A DNA stretch of 64,000 nt from Cladosporium halotolerans (GCF_011745625.1 NW_027191462.1:1-64000), one strand, 5' to 3'. Counted from the stretch's first letter, positions 22,960-34,189 are shown. Numbers and translations are program-made. Notes: a model not told the origin generated them from the letters alone.

Positions 22960-23135
22960 CCGAAGCACAGGTTTAAATTATAGCAGGCTCGAATCTTCTT
23001 GTCTCATCATTTCGGAAGCGCAGGTTCGATTCAGCTACTGAATTCGAATCTTCCTACTCTAGCAGGTTCGAATCTCACCATTTCGGGAGCGTAGATTCGA
23101 ATCAGCTCCTAGCTAGATTCAAACCTACCTTCTCA
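22960..23135 (+). repeat. Degenerate tandem repeat (~75-80 bp unit, about 2.3 copies) made of B-box/T-arm-like G(G/A)TTCGAATC motifs
   Basis: Unit 1 from 22981: TAGCAGGCTCGAATC...TCATCATTTCGGAAGCGCAGGTTCGATTCAGCTACTGAATTCGAATC. Unit 2 from 23060: TAGCAGGTTCGAATCTCACCATTTCGGGAGCGTAGATTCGAATCAGCTCCTAGCTAGATTCAAACC. Confidence 0.8.
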
Positions 23136-23368
23136 ATTCAGTCTGGACGAAGTAGACCTCGTTCTCGACGGTTTGATGCCTGCTGACAGCAGATGGTGAA
23201 ATTTCAGGCATCACCCTTTTGTCTCTTCTTGGCCATCGCCCTCGAGAATTGCAACTTTCGTTGCCCATGCTCTATTGCATTTGGTTCACATTCTAGTACT
23301 TTGCTGTGGCACGGGGCAACATTTTTCAAAGTATATAGTACTTTAAACAAAAGGACGTTCACCAATAA

Positions 23369-23467
23369 GCTGCTGTGTCGGAGTGGTTAACGAGTCAGAC
23401 TTGAATGGCCATTTCCATCAGCTATCTGATGCCTTCGGGCGCGTAGGTTCGAATCCTGCCGGCAGCG
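23369..23467 (+). tRNA. tRNA-Ser (anticodon UGA), intron-containing
   Basis: Acceptor GCTGCTG/CGGCAGC, discriminator G. Anticodon stem TCAGA/TCTGA with TGA at 23402-23404. Intron 23406-23423. Long variable arm GCC-TTCG-GGC. T-loop GGTTCGAATCC. T-run terminator from 23470. Confidence 0.96.
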
Positions 23468-24473
23468 GGTTTTTTTGCACATTTTTTGGTAACATTTGCG
23501 CTAAAATTGACCGAGTTATCGACACTTGATGTCAAGGAGCATACCCAGATTGAAGGCTGTTTTGGCGGGCCTCCCTTCACGAATCTCCCACCAAACATAG
23601 CACCAACGTATGCAGAAGATCTTGCGCTTCAACTTGCACTACTTGCTGTAACGTTATCGCCTCGAATGATTGGTTTATTGGCATATCGAGGATTCAAGCA
23701 CACCCAATGAAAGAAGCGCGTAACACCCTTCCTTGCACGGCACTATCCCCAGAACGATGCGTATACGTACAGGTCATGAGTAGCTAACGAAAAGACATCT
23801 AGATCGCTCGAGACCGCTCTCTTGACGTGCTCTAGTGCTGGGATACGGTATAGCTTTGAGGATATCTCCCGACTTCCTAAAAGGGAAAGTTTGAAGTGAG
23901 GAGTGAATGATCCCACAGTGTTACAACAATGCCTCATTGTATGATCATAGCGTCTATACGTATTTGGAAGAATGCACTTTTACCAATGATGAGGGCGTGC
24001 TACTCATGTTTAATGAGGTATTTGGAGTCGCTGCATGTGTCGTGATCGAATAAATCCCCACCCCTCAGCCCTTTTTGCTACTGATGTTGAGCATATCAAA
24101 CCCGAAAAAGCACACCAGGTTCCCCTCCGATGAGACGCAATGAGATATGCTCAAGGAGTCACCATGTACGTCGTAGGGTATGAGGACACACTTGGCCCAA
24201 CTCCATGCTCAATTGATCTTGACTAGGGACGACGTGTCATGTTGAAAGAGTAGTACTTGAGCAGCATCTACAGTCGCTCTAGTCTATTAATCAACAAATC
24301 CCTAAAAGCAGCTACCATGAGTTTATCGTGAGACGCCTAACCGAGAACACTGGCTATCTCTTGATATGTGTGGGCTTGATGGACTAGCTTGACGAAATCC
24401 CAACGAATCCCGCGTGCGGATACATTGTCTATATACTGATTTATGCAGCTTTCAGCAACTCCTATCCTGCAGT

Positions 24474-25681
24474 TCAACCAAGCTTGCCAACGCCGACCTT
24501 CCTGCTAATAGAAGGAACCGGCCGCGCGGACGTCGCCTTCCAGACGGAACCTGCCTCAGCAATAGCCTCCACAGCGGCGAGGTCGCTGAACGAACCAAAG
24601 TCTCCCGAGCCGGTCATGGAGTTCTGCTGGCATACGCGGCCAAGAGCAGCAGAGCAAGAGGAGCCATCAGCTGCAGTCGCGACGTTGAACAGACCGCTGG
24701 TCACGTCCAGCGTCTGTTGGGTCATGGGGGTCTTGCAGTTCTTGAAGACGTTGCCCTCGAGCAGGATCTTGGCGCCTTGCTCCACGTCGAAGTTGTGGCT
24801 GAGTTTGTGTTAGCATTTGATAAGTAATTTCGAGCTTGCAATAGTACTCACCCGCCGTTGGTGTCGAAGAAGTTGTTGACTGCGTGAAGAGTAGTGGTCT
24901 TGCCGACCTTCGGGGAGCGCCCGCTGGTGCTGTGGATCCAATTGTTGGCCAGGGTGATCTTGTCCTGCTCGCCGATGAGGAGCATGGTCCAGTAGTGCTC
25001 GCCATTACAGCTGGCGCTCCAGTTGGTGACGCCGTCGAACTCGCTGTTGGAGATGGTGACACGGCCGGCGGTCTCGTAGCCGGTCACGATCATCTGCCTG
25101 CCGATCAGGGAGAATTTCATGTGGTCGATCCAGACGAGGTCGGTGCCGGACATCTGGATGGCGTCGCCGCCCCAGATGTACTCCGGGTTCAACTCGGTGA
25201 TGTGGAAGTTCTGCAGGATGATGTTCTCCGCGCCGCTGACGAGTCTGAAGCCCTTGCCGCGGATGACACCCTTGTCGCCGACACCGACAATGGACTTGTT
25301 CGACTTGATATCGATCGGCTTCGTGGCTGAGACGTCGTAGGTGACGGAGACGACGGGGTAATCGGCACTGCACCAATTGGGGCCATCGAGAGCGTCTTGG
25401 CCTTTGCTCCCACAGGTATTGCTGGCAGGACGGCAGCCTTCCTCGGTCGTGGTGCCCATGGAGTCCAGGAAGTTGTACTCCTTGTCCAGAAGAATGACAC
25501 GCGGCTCATCGTCGGTCAGCCATGCTTCCAATTCGTCAATGTCTGCAGGGGCTGCGGCCTTCGCGTTGCCTCCTCCAGTAACACCGCTCGCGAAGCCAGT
25601 AGCAGAGCCAACAACTCCGGTTTGAGCAGCTACTACTAGTCGAGCCGCGAAGGCGAGAGCGACCAAAGACGCGCCGAGCAT
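24474..25681 (-). CDS. Secreted pectin lyase (polysaccharide lyase family 1)
   Basis: Signal peptide. GFASGVTGGG, IKSNKSIVGVG, NIILQNFHITELNP.YIWGGDAI, VWIDH, TSGRSPKV. Intron 24851..24799. Confidence 0.95.
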
Positions 25682-26529
25682 CTCGGAAGAGGATGTAAAA
25701 GTAAAAGCAAGGTTTTGCAGAGTACGTTTGTCAAGGTAGAGAGGCTGTGAACGGTGGCAGACTGCGATTGATCAATGCAATTAGCTCGCCTTTTCATCGG
25801 AGCCTGGAGTGACTTGGATATACTCGCAGCCCTAAGGGGCTCAGCTCGCTTGCATATAGCTCGCAGTATAGTACCATTGCATGCGCATGTATCCGAACAG
25901 CATCACCGTTCAAGCGAGCGAAGTGGACTACCAAACTTGGTCAGCATGCCAATTTCCTCGAGCGAAGTGGTCTAGATGGCCTAGATTAGGCTTCTCGTCT
26001 AGAAACTTGTGCGCCATCGCTTTCGTGGTTGTTAGGGTTATCTTCGATGGTTCTCTCAGCTCCTTGGAAAGACCAATCTAGGGTAAGTAGCGTACGCTTA
26101 AGACTGTAGCGCGTTTCGCCTATATCTAGCGTGGTCAGAGCACCATCAACGCGCCTACCCATTAATGGTCGTGGAAAACGAGATTTCTGCTCAGAGCCCT
26201 AAAAGCTCGGTGTCTTCCATGTTTGTTCGCTTCGGTGGCTTCACCGCTGGCCTTTGGAAGCGAGTCTTTGTACGAACGTGCAGCACTGGTGATGTTTGAC
26301 GTAAAACATAAAAGCAAGACGACCGCCTTTCCCGAGGATCCGAGCTTGTTAGTACGTTTTGCTGTTCTTCATGAATGTATTTGTATACATGAGGGTATCT
26401 TGGACAGCAAGAGCAATCCGACATTACAACACGCTTAGCCGCCCGGCCAGTCATCTACGTAGCTAATACATATCATCATAACCCAGCAAAAAGTTCAGGC
26501 GTCACTCTCACGTCCTTCAGAACGAGCGG

Positions 26530-29500
26530 CTACGTCGGCATCATCGAAAAGCCACCCGATGCGCCGCCGCCAGAGCGTTTACCTGCTGCGCTGCTGCTCG
26601 CCGACTTCTTCGAAGATCTACTATTCGAGGCCCCACCACCACGACCTGACGTTCTCGATCCACCAGCTCGCGAACCCCCATCGGAAGCCTTGCGCTTGCC
26701 GTAGGACGCGCTGCCCCTTGCTTTCCACTTGTGCTTTCTGGGCTTCGCTGCCTTCTTGCCGGCTTGACTTTGAGTAGCGGCGGCGTATGAATTATTGGCG
26801 GTGAGCTGCGAGTTTGCAAAGCGCTGGTTGAAGGCTTGTACGCGGGCGTCCGGCTGGAAATATCCGCTGGACTCTTGCTCTTCTTCTTCTCCGTCGTCCA
26901 TGTCGGAGCCGTTGATGCTAGGCCCATAGTCGTCGTTATCCTCATCGTCGTCGTCGCTGACCAGGTCTATGACGTTTCGCAGGTTGGGATCCATAATTTG
27001 TGCGTCGTCCGTGGCACTCATCATTTCGTTGTACTGACGGTGGCAGTCCTTGACGAGCTTCGTGAATTTTTTACTATGGCGACGCACCATCTCCGGGTCG
27101 ATATTGGAAACCTGGAGCATCTGATCCTCGGTCTCGGTGAACTGGATAGCCATCTGGCGCAACATAGTGTCGGTGAATGGGACGCCGTGGAGGTGATCGT
27201 CGTTCTTGATGCGCTCAACAACCTCTTTGGCCTTTTGCACAAATTGCTCAACGACAGCCCGATGGATCTCATTGAGGCCGCCCATCGTGGCGTCGGCAGT
27301 GATGCGTTGGCCAAGACTCCTCTTCGGCGCTGGCAGGTCGAGACGGCTTCCCTCTCGTATGGGCTCAAAGCCATCATTACTGTCACTGTAGTCTTCCTCG
27401 TTTTCATCATCAGGAACAGTGAACTCGTCAAAGGCGTATCTAGAAAACCGGTTTTCTCGTTGAGGCTGACGGCCTTGTCCGCGATTAGCCACAGCTTGCT
27501 GTATAGGCGAGGACACGAATGTCGAGATCGGAAGCTCCGCTCTTGAGCCCGTGGCCTTCTTTGACTTTGAAGTAGTGTCCTTCGATGAAGCCTTCTTCAT
27601 AAGAGCCTTCGCTTTGCCGTTCGGCGAGGTGCAGACCTGGATTTTGAGCTGCCGCCTCCTGCGCTTGAAATCGATTGCTCTGGGACCGAGCTGCATGTAC
27701 TGGTTGGCGAAGCCGCTGCGGTTGACCTCGTTGTATTCCTTCAATCCACCTTCGCTGAGAAGCTCGTTGAATAGCCGCTCGATGTCACCTCGGTCCAGTC
27801 CCTTGCCTTTGCCGTGGTTGTCAAGCCTGTTGTGACCCGCGTCGGTGACTTTCCTCGTTTGAGCGCCTCTAAAGACGTCCATGCAGTAGATCAGAGTGAC
27901 TTTCTCTCCCTGAAGCTCTTCCAGAAGGTTGATGGCGTGTACAGCATAATCTGTCAAATCTCTCTCCTCAAACACGGATGTCGAGTTGCAGTTGTCGCAC
28001 TGACTATTACAGTCCGCGGCATCAAACCGTTCGCTGAAGTAAGCGAGCACCTGCACACGCCGGCAGACGGCTCTGTTGGCGCAGTACGAAGTCATTTTGC
28101 GCAACATCTGATGCTGGCGGTCCTTCTGCTCTCTGCTTCCCTCTCCGTCATCGATCATACGCCTCAGCTTGCCAGCATCTTGGAAGCCGTAGAAGAGGTA
28201 GCAGCTGGATTCCTTGCCGTCGCGTCCCGCACGGCCAGTCTCCTGGTAGTAACCTTCCAAGCTCTTGGGCATACTGTGGTGTATTACATAGCGAACATTG
28301 GCCTTGTCAATACCCATGCCGAATGCGATGGTGGCCACAATGACATGATACTGTCCAGCTTGCCATTTTTTCTGAATGTCTGACTTTTCGGCTGGCTCCA
28401 TGCCCGCATGGAAATGGTGCGCTCGAATCCTGTACTCCTTCGCTAGAGACTTGGCCACATCCTCGCAGTTCTTACGCGACAAGCAGTAGATGATACCAGT
28501 CTGGCCACGGTGGTTGTTCTGGATAAGCTGTGCTATAGCTTCCAGATCTTCCTTACCTTTGCCTTTCTGGCGCACCTCGTAGTAGAGGTTTGGTCGGTTG
28601 AAGCTTCTCGCGAAGACCTCGCACCCGTCGATGCCAAGGTTGTGAATTACATCAACTTTGACGTTTTCGGTGGCTGTTGCAGTGAGAGCCATGACAGGTA
28701 ACCGAGGAAATTGTCTCCGGACATCGCCAATCAGCTTGTAGTCCGGGCGGAAGTCGTGGCCCCATTGACTGACGCAGTGAGCTTCGTCAATTACTAGTCG
28801 TGCAAGCTGGCCCTTGTTATATAGCCTGCTGAAGGCATTTGTGATAGCTTGACTTTTGCTGAGCATTTCCGGAGTCACATAAAGAAGCTGAACAAAGTCT
28901 TGTACGTTGGGCTCGTTGAACGCGTCGAAGATTGCACGGCGCTCTTCCACCTTCGTCTCGCTGTTGATGAGGTATGCTTGGATCTGCAGAGCTCGGAGGT
29001 GGTGCACTTGATCTTCCATTAGACTGAGCAACGGTGATATCACAACCGTCACACCCTTTGTTTTCCCAGAAGTGATCAGTGACGGCAGTTGGTAGCACAG
29101 AGACTTGCCGCCACCGGTCGGCATGAGGACGAAAACATCTTTGCCGCCGAGCGTTGCATTGATGGCTCCGACTTGTCCTTGCCGGAATCCCTTCAGCTTG
29201 AAGCGATGCTTGAGCGTCTTCGCAACATCATCAGACCAAGGAAAGCGGAAAAGATCCGCAAGTTCAGCATCGGCATCGATTGCTTGCAGCGTCTTGCGTT
29301 TCTTTGCACTGGATTCTAATGGAATGGACTGGCTGTTTGCTGAGGTCTCGTGGAAGACCGGGCGATCAGCCACGGGGCGGACAGGCTTCGCAGGCAAGCC
29401 TGAATTTTCGATGTCCTCCGCAAATTGAAGCATTTCATCGTCATCTTCGACCCCAAAATCGTCCTGATGATCGATGAATGGAGCAGGCGGTGTCCCCATG

Positions 29501-31281
29501 TTGTTGCCGAAGAGCGGCTCGTCGTGGTCAGAATAGTCGTCAATCATGTTCGTATCAGCGGCGAATGCAACTCGTTGGTCTGGTCGTGCCCTCTCCTTTC
29601 GTGGAGGTGAGAAGTGCTCCGGTCGAGGTGGCGGCGCCATCGATAGCTGCTTGGGTGCCGTCGGAGCAGCTCGATTTTCCTGCATGTACTCAAACACGTT
29701 GGTCTGCGCTTGTGTCTGAGCGACGCGAGCCGGGCTGATATCTCCAGCCTCAGCTAATCCTGCCGCTGGTTTCCTAGGCTGGGTAGCCTCGACAGCGACT
29801 GATTGAAGATCTGTCTTCTTGTTGCTCGCACCAGCCCTCCTTAGACACTTGTTGATATCTTGCTCGCAGACATCCAGCAAATGCAGGCATTCCGCCTCAA
29901 AGTCGTTAAGATCTTTCTTGCATTTGGAATTCTCTACTCGAGCTTCAGCGAGTCCTGATTTTGTCTTAACGGCCACCCGCACCTTAACCAACGCCTCTTC
30001 CTTTTTCACCAGGAGCTTTTCGCGTTGTTGCGGTAGACTTTGAAGTCTTTTGAGGGCGTTCATCCGTTTTTCTATTTGCACAAGTTGGTTCTGCTTCTCT
30101 TCCTCGCCAATAAGATCCTCATTGTCGACGCACTCCACAATCTCCTCGCTAATTGCATCCTCGCGGGCCTTGAGGTCCTCCAGAATCCTTCTGATGGCAT
30201 CCGAGGAGAGATCGAAGAAACTGTCCAAACGATGGCGATCTTCCAGCTCCAGAGCTGATTTCGGCTCTCCTTGCGTGCTTGAAGAAGCCGGCGGTTTGGC
30301 GGCATCCGAGGAAGAGGAAGGCTTTGACGGAGAAGCTGAATGTGAGGCCTGCCTTGATGCAAGTGGAGAATCTTTTACCGTAGCCACTCTAACGGAACGT
30401 TTAGTTTTTGGGGAACTCCGGTTGCCAGGGCTCGTAGGAATCATGACATGGACATCCTCGTCATCTTCTTCGGAATCGGGCATGACTGTACGCTGTCGAC
30501 GGGCATTGCGCGACCCAGATGCTGACGTTGCAGAACGTGATACAGGTTGCGGCACGACTGTGGAATATGGCGGAGGAGGTTCGGACGGCGCGTCATCCAT
30601 AATCTTGTCAATCGTTGTGTAACCCATGGTCGTGTCCGGATCGGGCTTTATCTGCTTGACGTGTGGCACTGGGCGTAATGCCGTTCGTTGCACCTTTGAA
30701 GACACCGGCGAGCCATGCTGAGGGCAATCGTTCAAATCCGCCCTGTATTCCTCGCTCTTTCTTTTTCGTCCACTGCCATTCTTGACCACACGATCAAGTG
30801 AGGGGCTCTTCAGTTTATGCAAGCTTTCGGTCAAGTCCATAATTTCCACGCTATTCCCTGAGGTCGGAAGGCTCCAAGCATTTTTTACCGGTGTCTGCGG
30901 AATGGACTCCAGCTTTGTTGCAGACTGGCTCACCTGATTCCACTGACCATCGCGCCTGCTCTCCACCCTATCATCCTGAGTCTGTGATCCAGTCGGTATT
31001 GAGACAAAGCGTGGCTTGCTACTTGAACTGGGTGCGGCTCTTAGTCGCGCCATTTCCCGTCCCGGTCCAGTCTGAGTGGCTGGCTCTTCCGGCGCCTCGG
31101 TCGTCGCGTCGCTGAGCTCTCCGTCGAATGCTCCGTCGGGAATGTCATCAATATCATGGGAAGGAGCTGTGGCGACCGAGTTGAATGAGGCCGACGCGGG
31201 TGGAAGAAAGACGTCTGGCGGCAACGAAGGCTTAGTCGAGACCAGCCAGCGAAGGTGCAAGTCTAAGTTATTGCGCGTCAT
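26530..31281 (-). CDS. SGS1: RecQ DNA helicase (Sgs1/MusN/QDE-3 orthologue)
   Basis: 1583 aa ORF. Motifs FRQGQ...MPTGGGKSLCYQLP, VIDEAHCVSQWGHDFRPDY, ALTATA, ATIAFGMGIDK, YYQETGRAGRDG. RQC Cys cluster and HRDC-like region. Confidence 0.97.
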   Translation of the reverse strand: MTRNNLDLHLRWLVSTKPSLPPDVFLPPASASFNSVATAPSHDIDDIPDGAFDGELSDATTEAPEEPATQTGPGREMARLRAAPSSSSKPRFVSIPTGSQTQDDRVESRRDGQWNQVSQSATKLESIPQTPVKNAWSLPTSGNSVEIMDLTESLHKLKSPSLDRVVKNGSGRKRKSEEYRADLNDCPQHGSPVSSKVQRTALRPVPHVKQIKPDPDTTMGYTTIDKIMDDAPSEPPPPYSTVVPQPVSRSATSASGSRNARRQRTVMPDSEEDDEDVHVMIPTSPGNRSSPKTKRSVRVATVKDSPLASRQASHSASPSKPSSSSDAAKPPASSSTQGEPKSALELEDRHRLDSFFDLSSDAIRRILEDLKAREDAISEEIVECVDNEDLIGEEEKQNQLVQIEKRMNALKRLQSLPQQREKLLVKKEEALVKVRVAVKTKSGLAEARVENSKCKKDLNDFEAECLHLLDVCEQDINKCLRRAGASNKKTDLQSVAVEATQPRKPAAGLAEAGDISPARVAQTQAQTNVFEYMQENRAAPTAPKQLSMAPPPRPEHFSPPRKERARPDQRVAFAADTNMIDDYSDHDEPLFGNNMGTPPAPFIDHQDDFGVEDDDEMLQFAEDIENSGLPAKPVRPVADRPVFHETSANSQSIPLESSAKKRKTLQAIDADAELADLFRFPWSDDVAKTLKHRFKLKGFRQGQVGAINATLGGKDVFVLMPTGGGKSLCYQLPSLITSGKTKGVTVVISPLLSLMEDQVHHLRALQIQAYLINSETKVEERRAIFDAFNEPNVQDFVQLLYVTPEMLSKSQAITNAFSRLYNKGQLARLVIDEAHCVSQWGHDFRPDYKLIGDVRRQFPRLPVMALTATATENVKVDVIHNLGIDGCEVFARSFNRPNLYYEVRQKGKGKEDLEAIAQLIQNNHRGQTGIIYCLSRKNCEDVAKSLAKEYRIRAHHFHAGMEPAEKSDIQKKWQAGQYHVIVATIAFGMGIDKANVRYVIHHSMPKSLEGYYQETGRAGRDGKESSCYLFYGFQDAGKLRRMIDDGEGSREQKDRQHQMLRKMTSYCANRAVCRRVQVLAYFSERFDAADCNSQCDNCNSTSVFEERDLTDYAVHAINLLEELQGEKVTLIYCMDVFRGAQTRKVTDAGHNRLDNHGKGKGLDRGDIERLFNELLSEGGLKEYNEVNRSGFANQYMQLGPRAIDFKRRRRQLKIQVCTSPNGKAKALMKKASSKDTTSKSKKATGSRAELPISTFVSSPIQQAVANRGQGRQPQRENRFSRYAFDEFTVPDDENEEDYSDSNDGFEPIREGSRLDLPAPKRSLGQRITADATMGGLNEIHRAVVEQFVQKAKEVVERIKNDDHLHGVPFTDTMLRQMAIQFTETEDQMLQVSNIDPEMVRRHSKKFTKLVKDCHRQYNEMMSATDDAQIMDPNLRNVIDLVSDDDDEDNDDYGPSINGSDMDDGEEEEQESSGYFQPDARVQAFNQRFANSQLTANNSYAAATQSQAGKKAAKPRKHKWKARGSASYGKRKASDGGSRAGGSRTSGRGGGASNSRSSKKSASSSAAGKRSGGGASGGFSMMPT

Positions 31282-31765
31282 TTGGGTCCAGCATCTCTGT
31301 ATACCCTGCGCATTTCCGGTGTCGTGCGCAGTGTCGGATCGTCAGTGGCGATGCCGTCAAGTTGAGACGATTGTTATCATGGGTTCGAACAGAAGCGCGC
31401 GCGCCTGCCTGGACGCGGACAATTTGCGGGGTTCGCGTGTTCACGTGCATTCAGGGTCCATATACATTCAGCTTCCTTTTCGCAATCTTCAAATCGATTC
31501 TCACAAGTGGATTTTGCCATTTATAACACGAAACCTTCAGGTGCGTTTGCGACTTGCAAATCTCTGGCTCACAGCCATTAGAAGGACTCCTTTGCCTCGG
31601 TAAGCCTGATGTTGTAGCCGGCCGTATGTTCGGGCAACAAAAGGTAATTCGAGGCTGATATCGGCTGTGACTCGATCCATTGACACGGCGATTTAAGCGA
31701 GGCGATTTCCCATACCAGCGTTATATCATCCCTCTATCTCTATTCTGTATTTACCTTGTCTCATC

Positions 31766-33232
31766 ATGTCTACTCAAGGAGATCTCGTTCTTCCAAGCCA
31801 GGCTGCCCTCGAGCATGCTCGCTCGACCTTGCTGACCGACCTCCCCTCCGATGGCATTGGCTATGAGCAGGCACAGCATCACCTCGAGAATGATATTGTA
31901 CCCGCGCTCAATGGCAGCTCTAAGTCATCTAGGTACTACGGCTTCGTCACTGGAGGCTCCCTGCCAATCGCAACATTCGCCGACAAGCTTGCCGTCGAAG
32001 AGGACCAGAATGTCCAGGTGCATCTGCCGAACGAAACAGTCGCAACCAACGTGGAAGATGCCGCCTTGAAAATGCTCTCCAGACTACTTGAGTTTGAGCC
32101 GTCAGACTGGCCACATCGGACCTTCACCACCGGAGCCACAGCCAGCAACGTCGTGGGCCTAGCTTGCGGCCGAGAGCACATCGTCGCCGAAGCCGCAAGA
32201 CGACGAGGCACCGAAGCAAACGTCTCAGACGACGGCCTCCTCGCCGCCACCCAGAAGGCAGGCATCCAAACCATCCAAATCCTCACCACAGTCCCACACT
32301 CGTCCCTCCGCAAAGCAGCCTCCATCCTCGGCCTGGGCCACAACTCAGTCATCGACGTCTCCGACCCCTCCGCTCCCCACCGCTTCTCCCACGACCTCCT
32401 CCAAACCCACCTCTCCAAACCCAACTCTGCCTCCATAATCGCCATCTCCGCTGCCGAAGTCAACACCGGCCTCTTCGCCACCACGGGCCTCGCCGAACTC
32501 ACAACCCTTCGCTCACTAGCTGACACCCACGGCGCCTGGATCCACGTCGACGCCGCCTTCGGCCTGCAAGCCCGCCTCCTCCTCTCCCCAACCATCACCA
32601 ACCCCTCCTACACCACCCTGCAAGCCGGCGTAACCGGCCTCCACCTCGCCGACAGCATTACCGGTGACGCGCACAAAATGCTCAACGTGCCCTACGACAG
32701 CGGCTTCATCCTTACGAAAAGCCTCCCGCTCGCCCAGCGCGTCTTCCAAAACCCCAGCGCCGCCTACCTCTCCTCCTCCGCCGCTTCCAGCCCAGACGCG
32801 ATCCCCTCCCCATTGCACATCGGCCTCGAAAACTCCCGCCGCTTCCGCGCCCTCCCCATCTACGCCTCGCTCGCCGCGCACGGCCGCGCCGGCTACCTCT
32901 CCATCCTGGAGAAGCAAATCGCCCTCGCGCGCAGCATCGCGGCTTACGTCGCGGCCCCCTCCTCGGGCTACGAACTGCTGCCCCTCGATCCCGGCGCTTC
33001 GCTCGAAGAGCGGCTGGCGTGCGTGTACGTCATCGTGCTGTTTCGGGCGAAGGATGAAGCTCTGAACGAGGGGTTGGTGGAGAGGGTTAATGCGTCGAGG
33101 AGGATTTACGTAAGCGGGACGAGGTGGGAGGGTCGGGCGGCCGCGCGGTTTGCGGTGGCGAATTGGGGGGTTGATGGGGTGACGGATTTGGAGGTTGTCA
33201 AGGGGGTTTTAGGGGAGGTTGTTGAGAAGTGA
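31766..33232 (+). CDS. PLP-dependent group II decarboxylase family protein
   Basis: 488 aa ORF. RYYGFVTGG, FTTGATASNVVGL, HSSLRKAA, WIHVDAAFG, ADSITGDAHKMLNVPYDSG (PLP lysine), ENSRRFRALP. Confidence 0.93.
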   Translation: MSTQGDLVLPSQAALEHARSTLLTDLPSDGIGYEQAQHHLENDIVPALNGSSKSSRYYGFVTGGSLPIATFADKLAVEEDQNVQVHLPNETVATNVEDAALKMLSRLLEFEPSDWPHRTFTTGATASNVVGLACGREHIVAEAARRRGTEANVSDDGLLAATQKAGIQTIQILTTVPHSSLRKAASILGLGHNSVIDVSDPSAPHRFSHDLLQTHLSKPNSASIIAISAAEVNTGLFATTGLAELTTLRSLADTHGAWIHVDAAFGLQARLLLSPTITNPSYTTLQAGVTGLHLADSITGDAHKMLNVPYDSGFILTKSLPLAQRVFQNPSAAYLSSSAASSPDAIPSPLHIGLENSRRFRALPIYASLAAHGRAGYLSILEKQIALARSIAAYVAAPSSGYELLPLDPGASLEERLACVYVIVLFRAKDEALNEGLVERVNASRRIYVSGTRWEGRAAARFAVANWGVDGVTDLEVVKGVLGEVVEK

Positions 33233-33568
33233 GAGGGAGAGGGGGAGGAGAGGGCAGTGGTGGTTCAAATGAGGTTGCGTATATGTACACGGCGGTAGGT
33301 ATCGTTGCTCGCTCGCTTCGGTGACCTTCGAACGCCGGAAGAGCGATAAGGAAATAATAAGAAAATAGAGAGAAAGAGAAGGAAAAGAGAGACTGTTACC
33401 CCTTTTCCATCCGCACCCTCTTCCCGCCCAACTCCTGATTCCCAATCCCGAATTTTGTTGTTGTCATGCACGTAAACCCGTATTAACATCGTCACAAGAA
33501 GAGAAAGAAAAGACAGAAAAGCCAAAGAACCGTCAACCCCTCTCCCTTCACCCTTCACTCTCACCCCA

Positions 33569-34189
33569 TCATCGCTCACCGATCCCTCCTCTCGCAACCA
33601 TCCCGCCCAGCACCAACATCCACACCAAAAACACCGCCCCGATGATCCAAAACGCAAACGCCGCCTGCCACTGCTGGCAAATGCTCTGCTGCTGCAGCCA
33701 CGCGAGCGTGTTGAGGTCCAAGCGGTTCTGGCGGTTCCCGAACACGTACGTCTGGCAGTTGCCGTTGATGTTCCCTTCGGGCCCGAAGAGCTGGATGGCG
33801 GTCGCGATGACGCCCGTGATGTAGAGGACAAGCAAGATGAAGGAGCCGAGCATGACGACGCCCGGGAGTAAGCGGCGTTGCCAGATGAGCACGAGCATGA
33901 GCCAGATGAAGAGGACGGTCAGGGAGCCGACGGAGATGCCGAAGGGCATGATCCTAGAGCGATCGAGTCAGTTTCTGTAGTCTGGGTTGTTTGGGAGGGG
34001 GGATGGGAGGGCTTACCATGGTATCCCCAGCCCTCCAAGCGTGTTCTGGATGACGATGAACTGCGCGAAGACGCCGATCAGCACGCCGCCCGTCGCGAGC
34101 ATGATGATGATCCAGAAGTTCAGCTGCTGGTCGGGCCAGTAGTAGCTCTGGCGGACGATGACGCGCTGGCGCGAGACGCTGCGCGCCAT
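33569..34189 (-). CDS. Fungal four-transmembrane (MARVEL-like) protein
   Basis: Exons 34189-34017 and 33953-33569 (GTAAGC...CTGAC...TAG). Four hydrophobic helices and a Cys-containing loop before the last helix. Confidence 0.8.

Noticed and set aside
22915..23135. CRISPR array or additional tRNA genes
   Set aside because: Eukaryotic context with no cas genes. Repeats are degenerate with non-unique spacers. No cloverleaf, A box or acceptor stem can be formed.
23369..23467. Selenocysteine or opal-suppressor tRNA
   Set aside because: The anticodon is 5'-UGA-3', which reads UCA (Ser); a Sec/opal tRNA needs anticodon UCA. The stems are canonical.
31520..31700. Splice-like signals between SGS1 and the PLP decarboxylase (GTGCGT 31541, GTAAGC 31600)
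   Set aside because: Could be 5' UTR introns, but no small ORF or snoRNA boxes could be supported.
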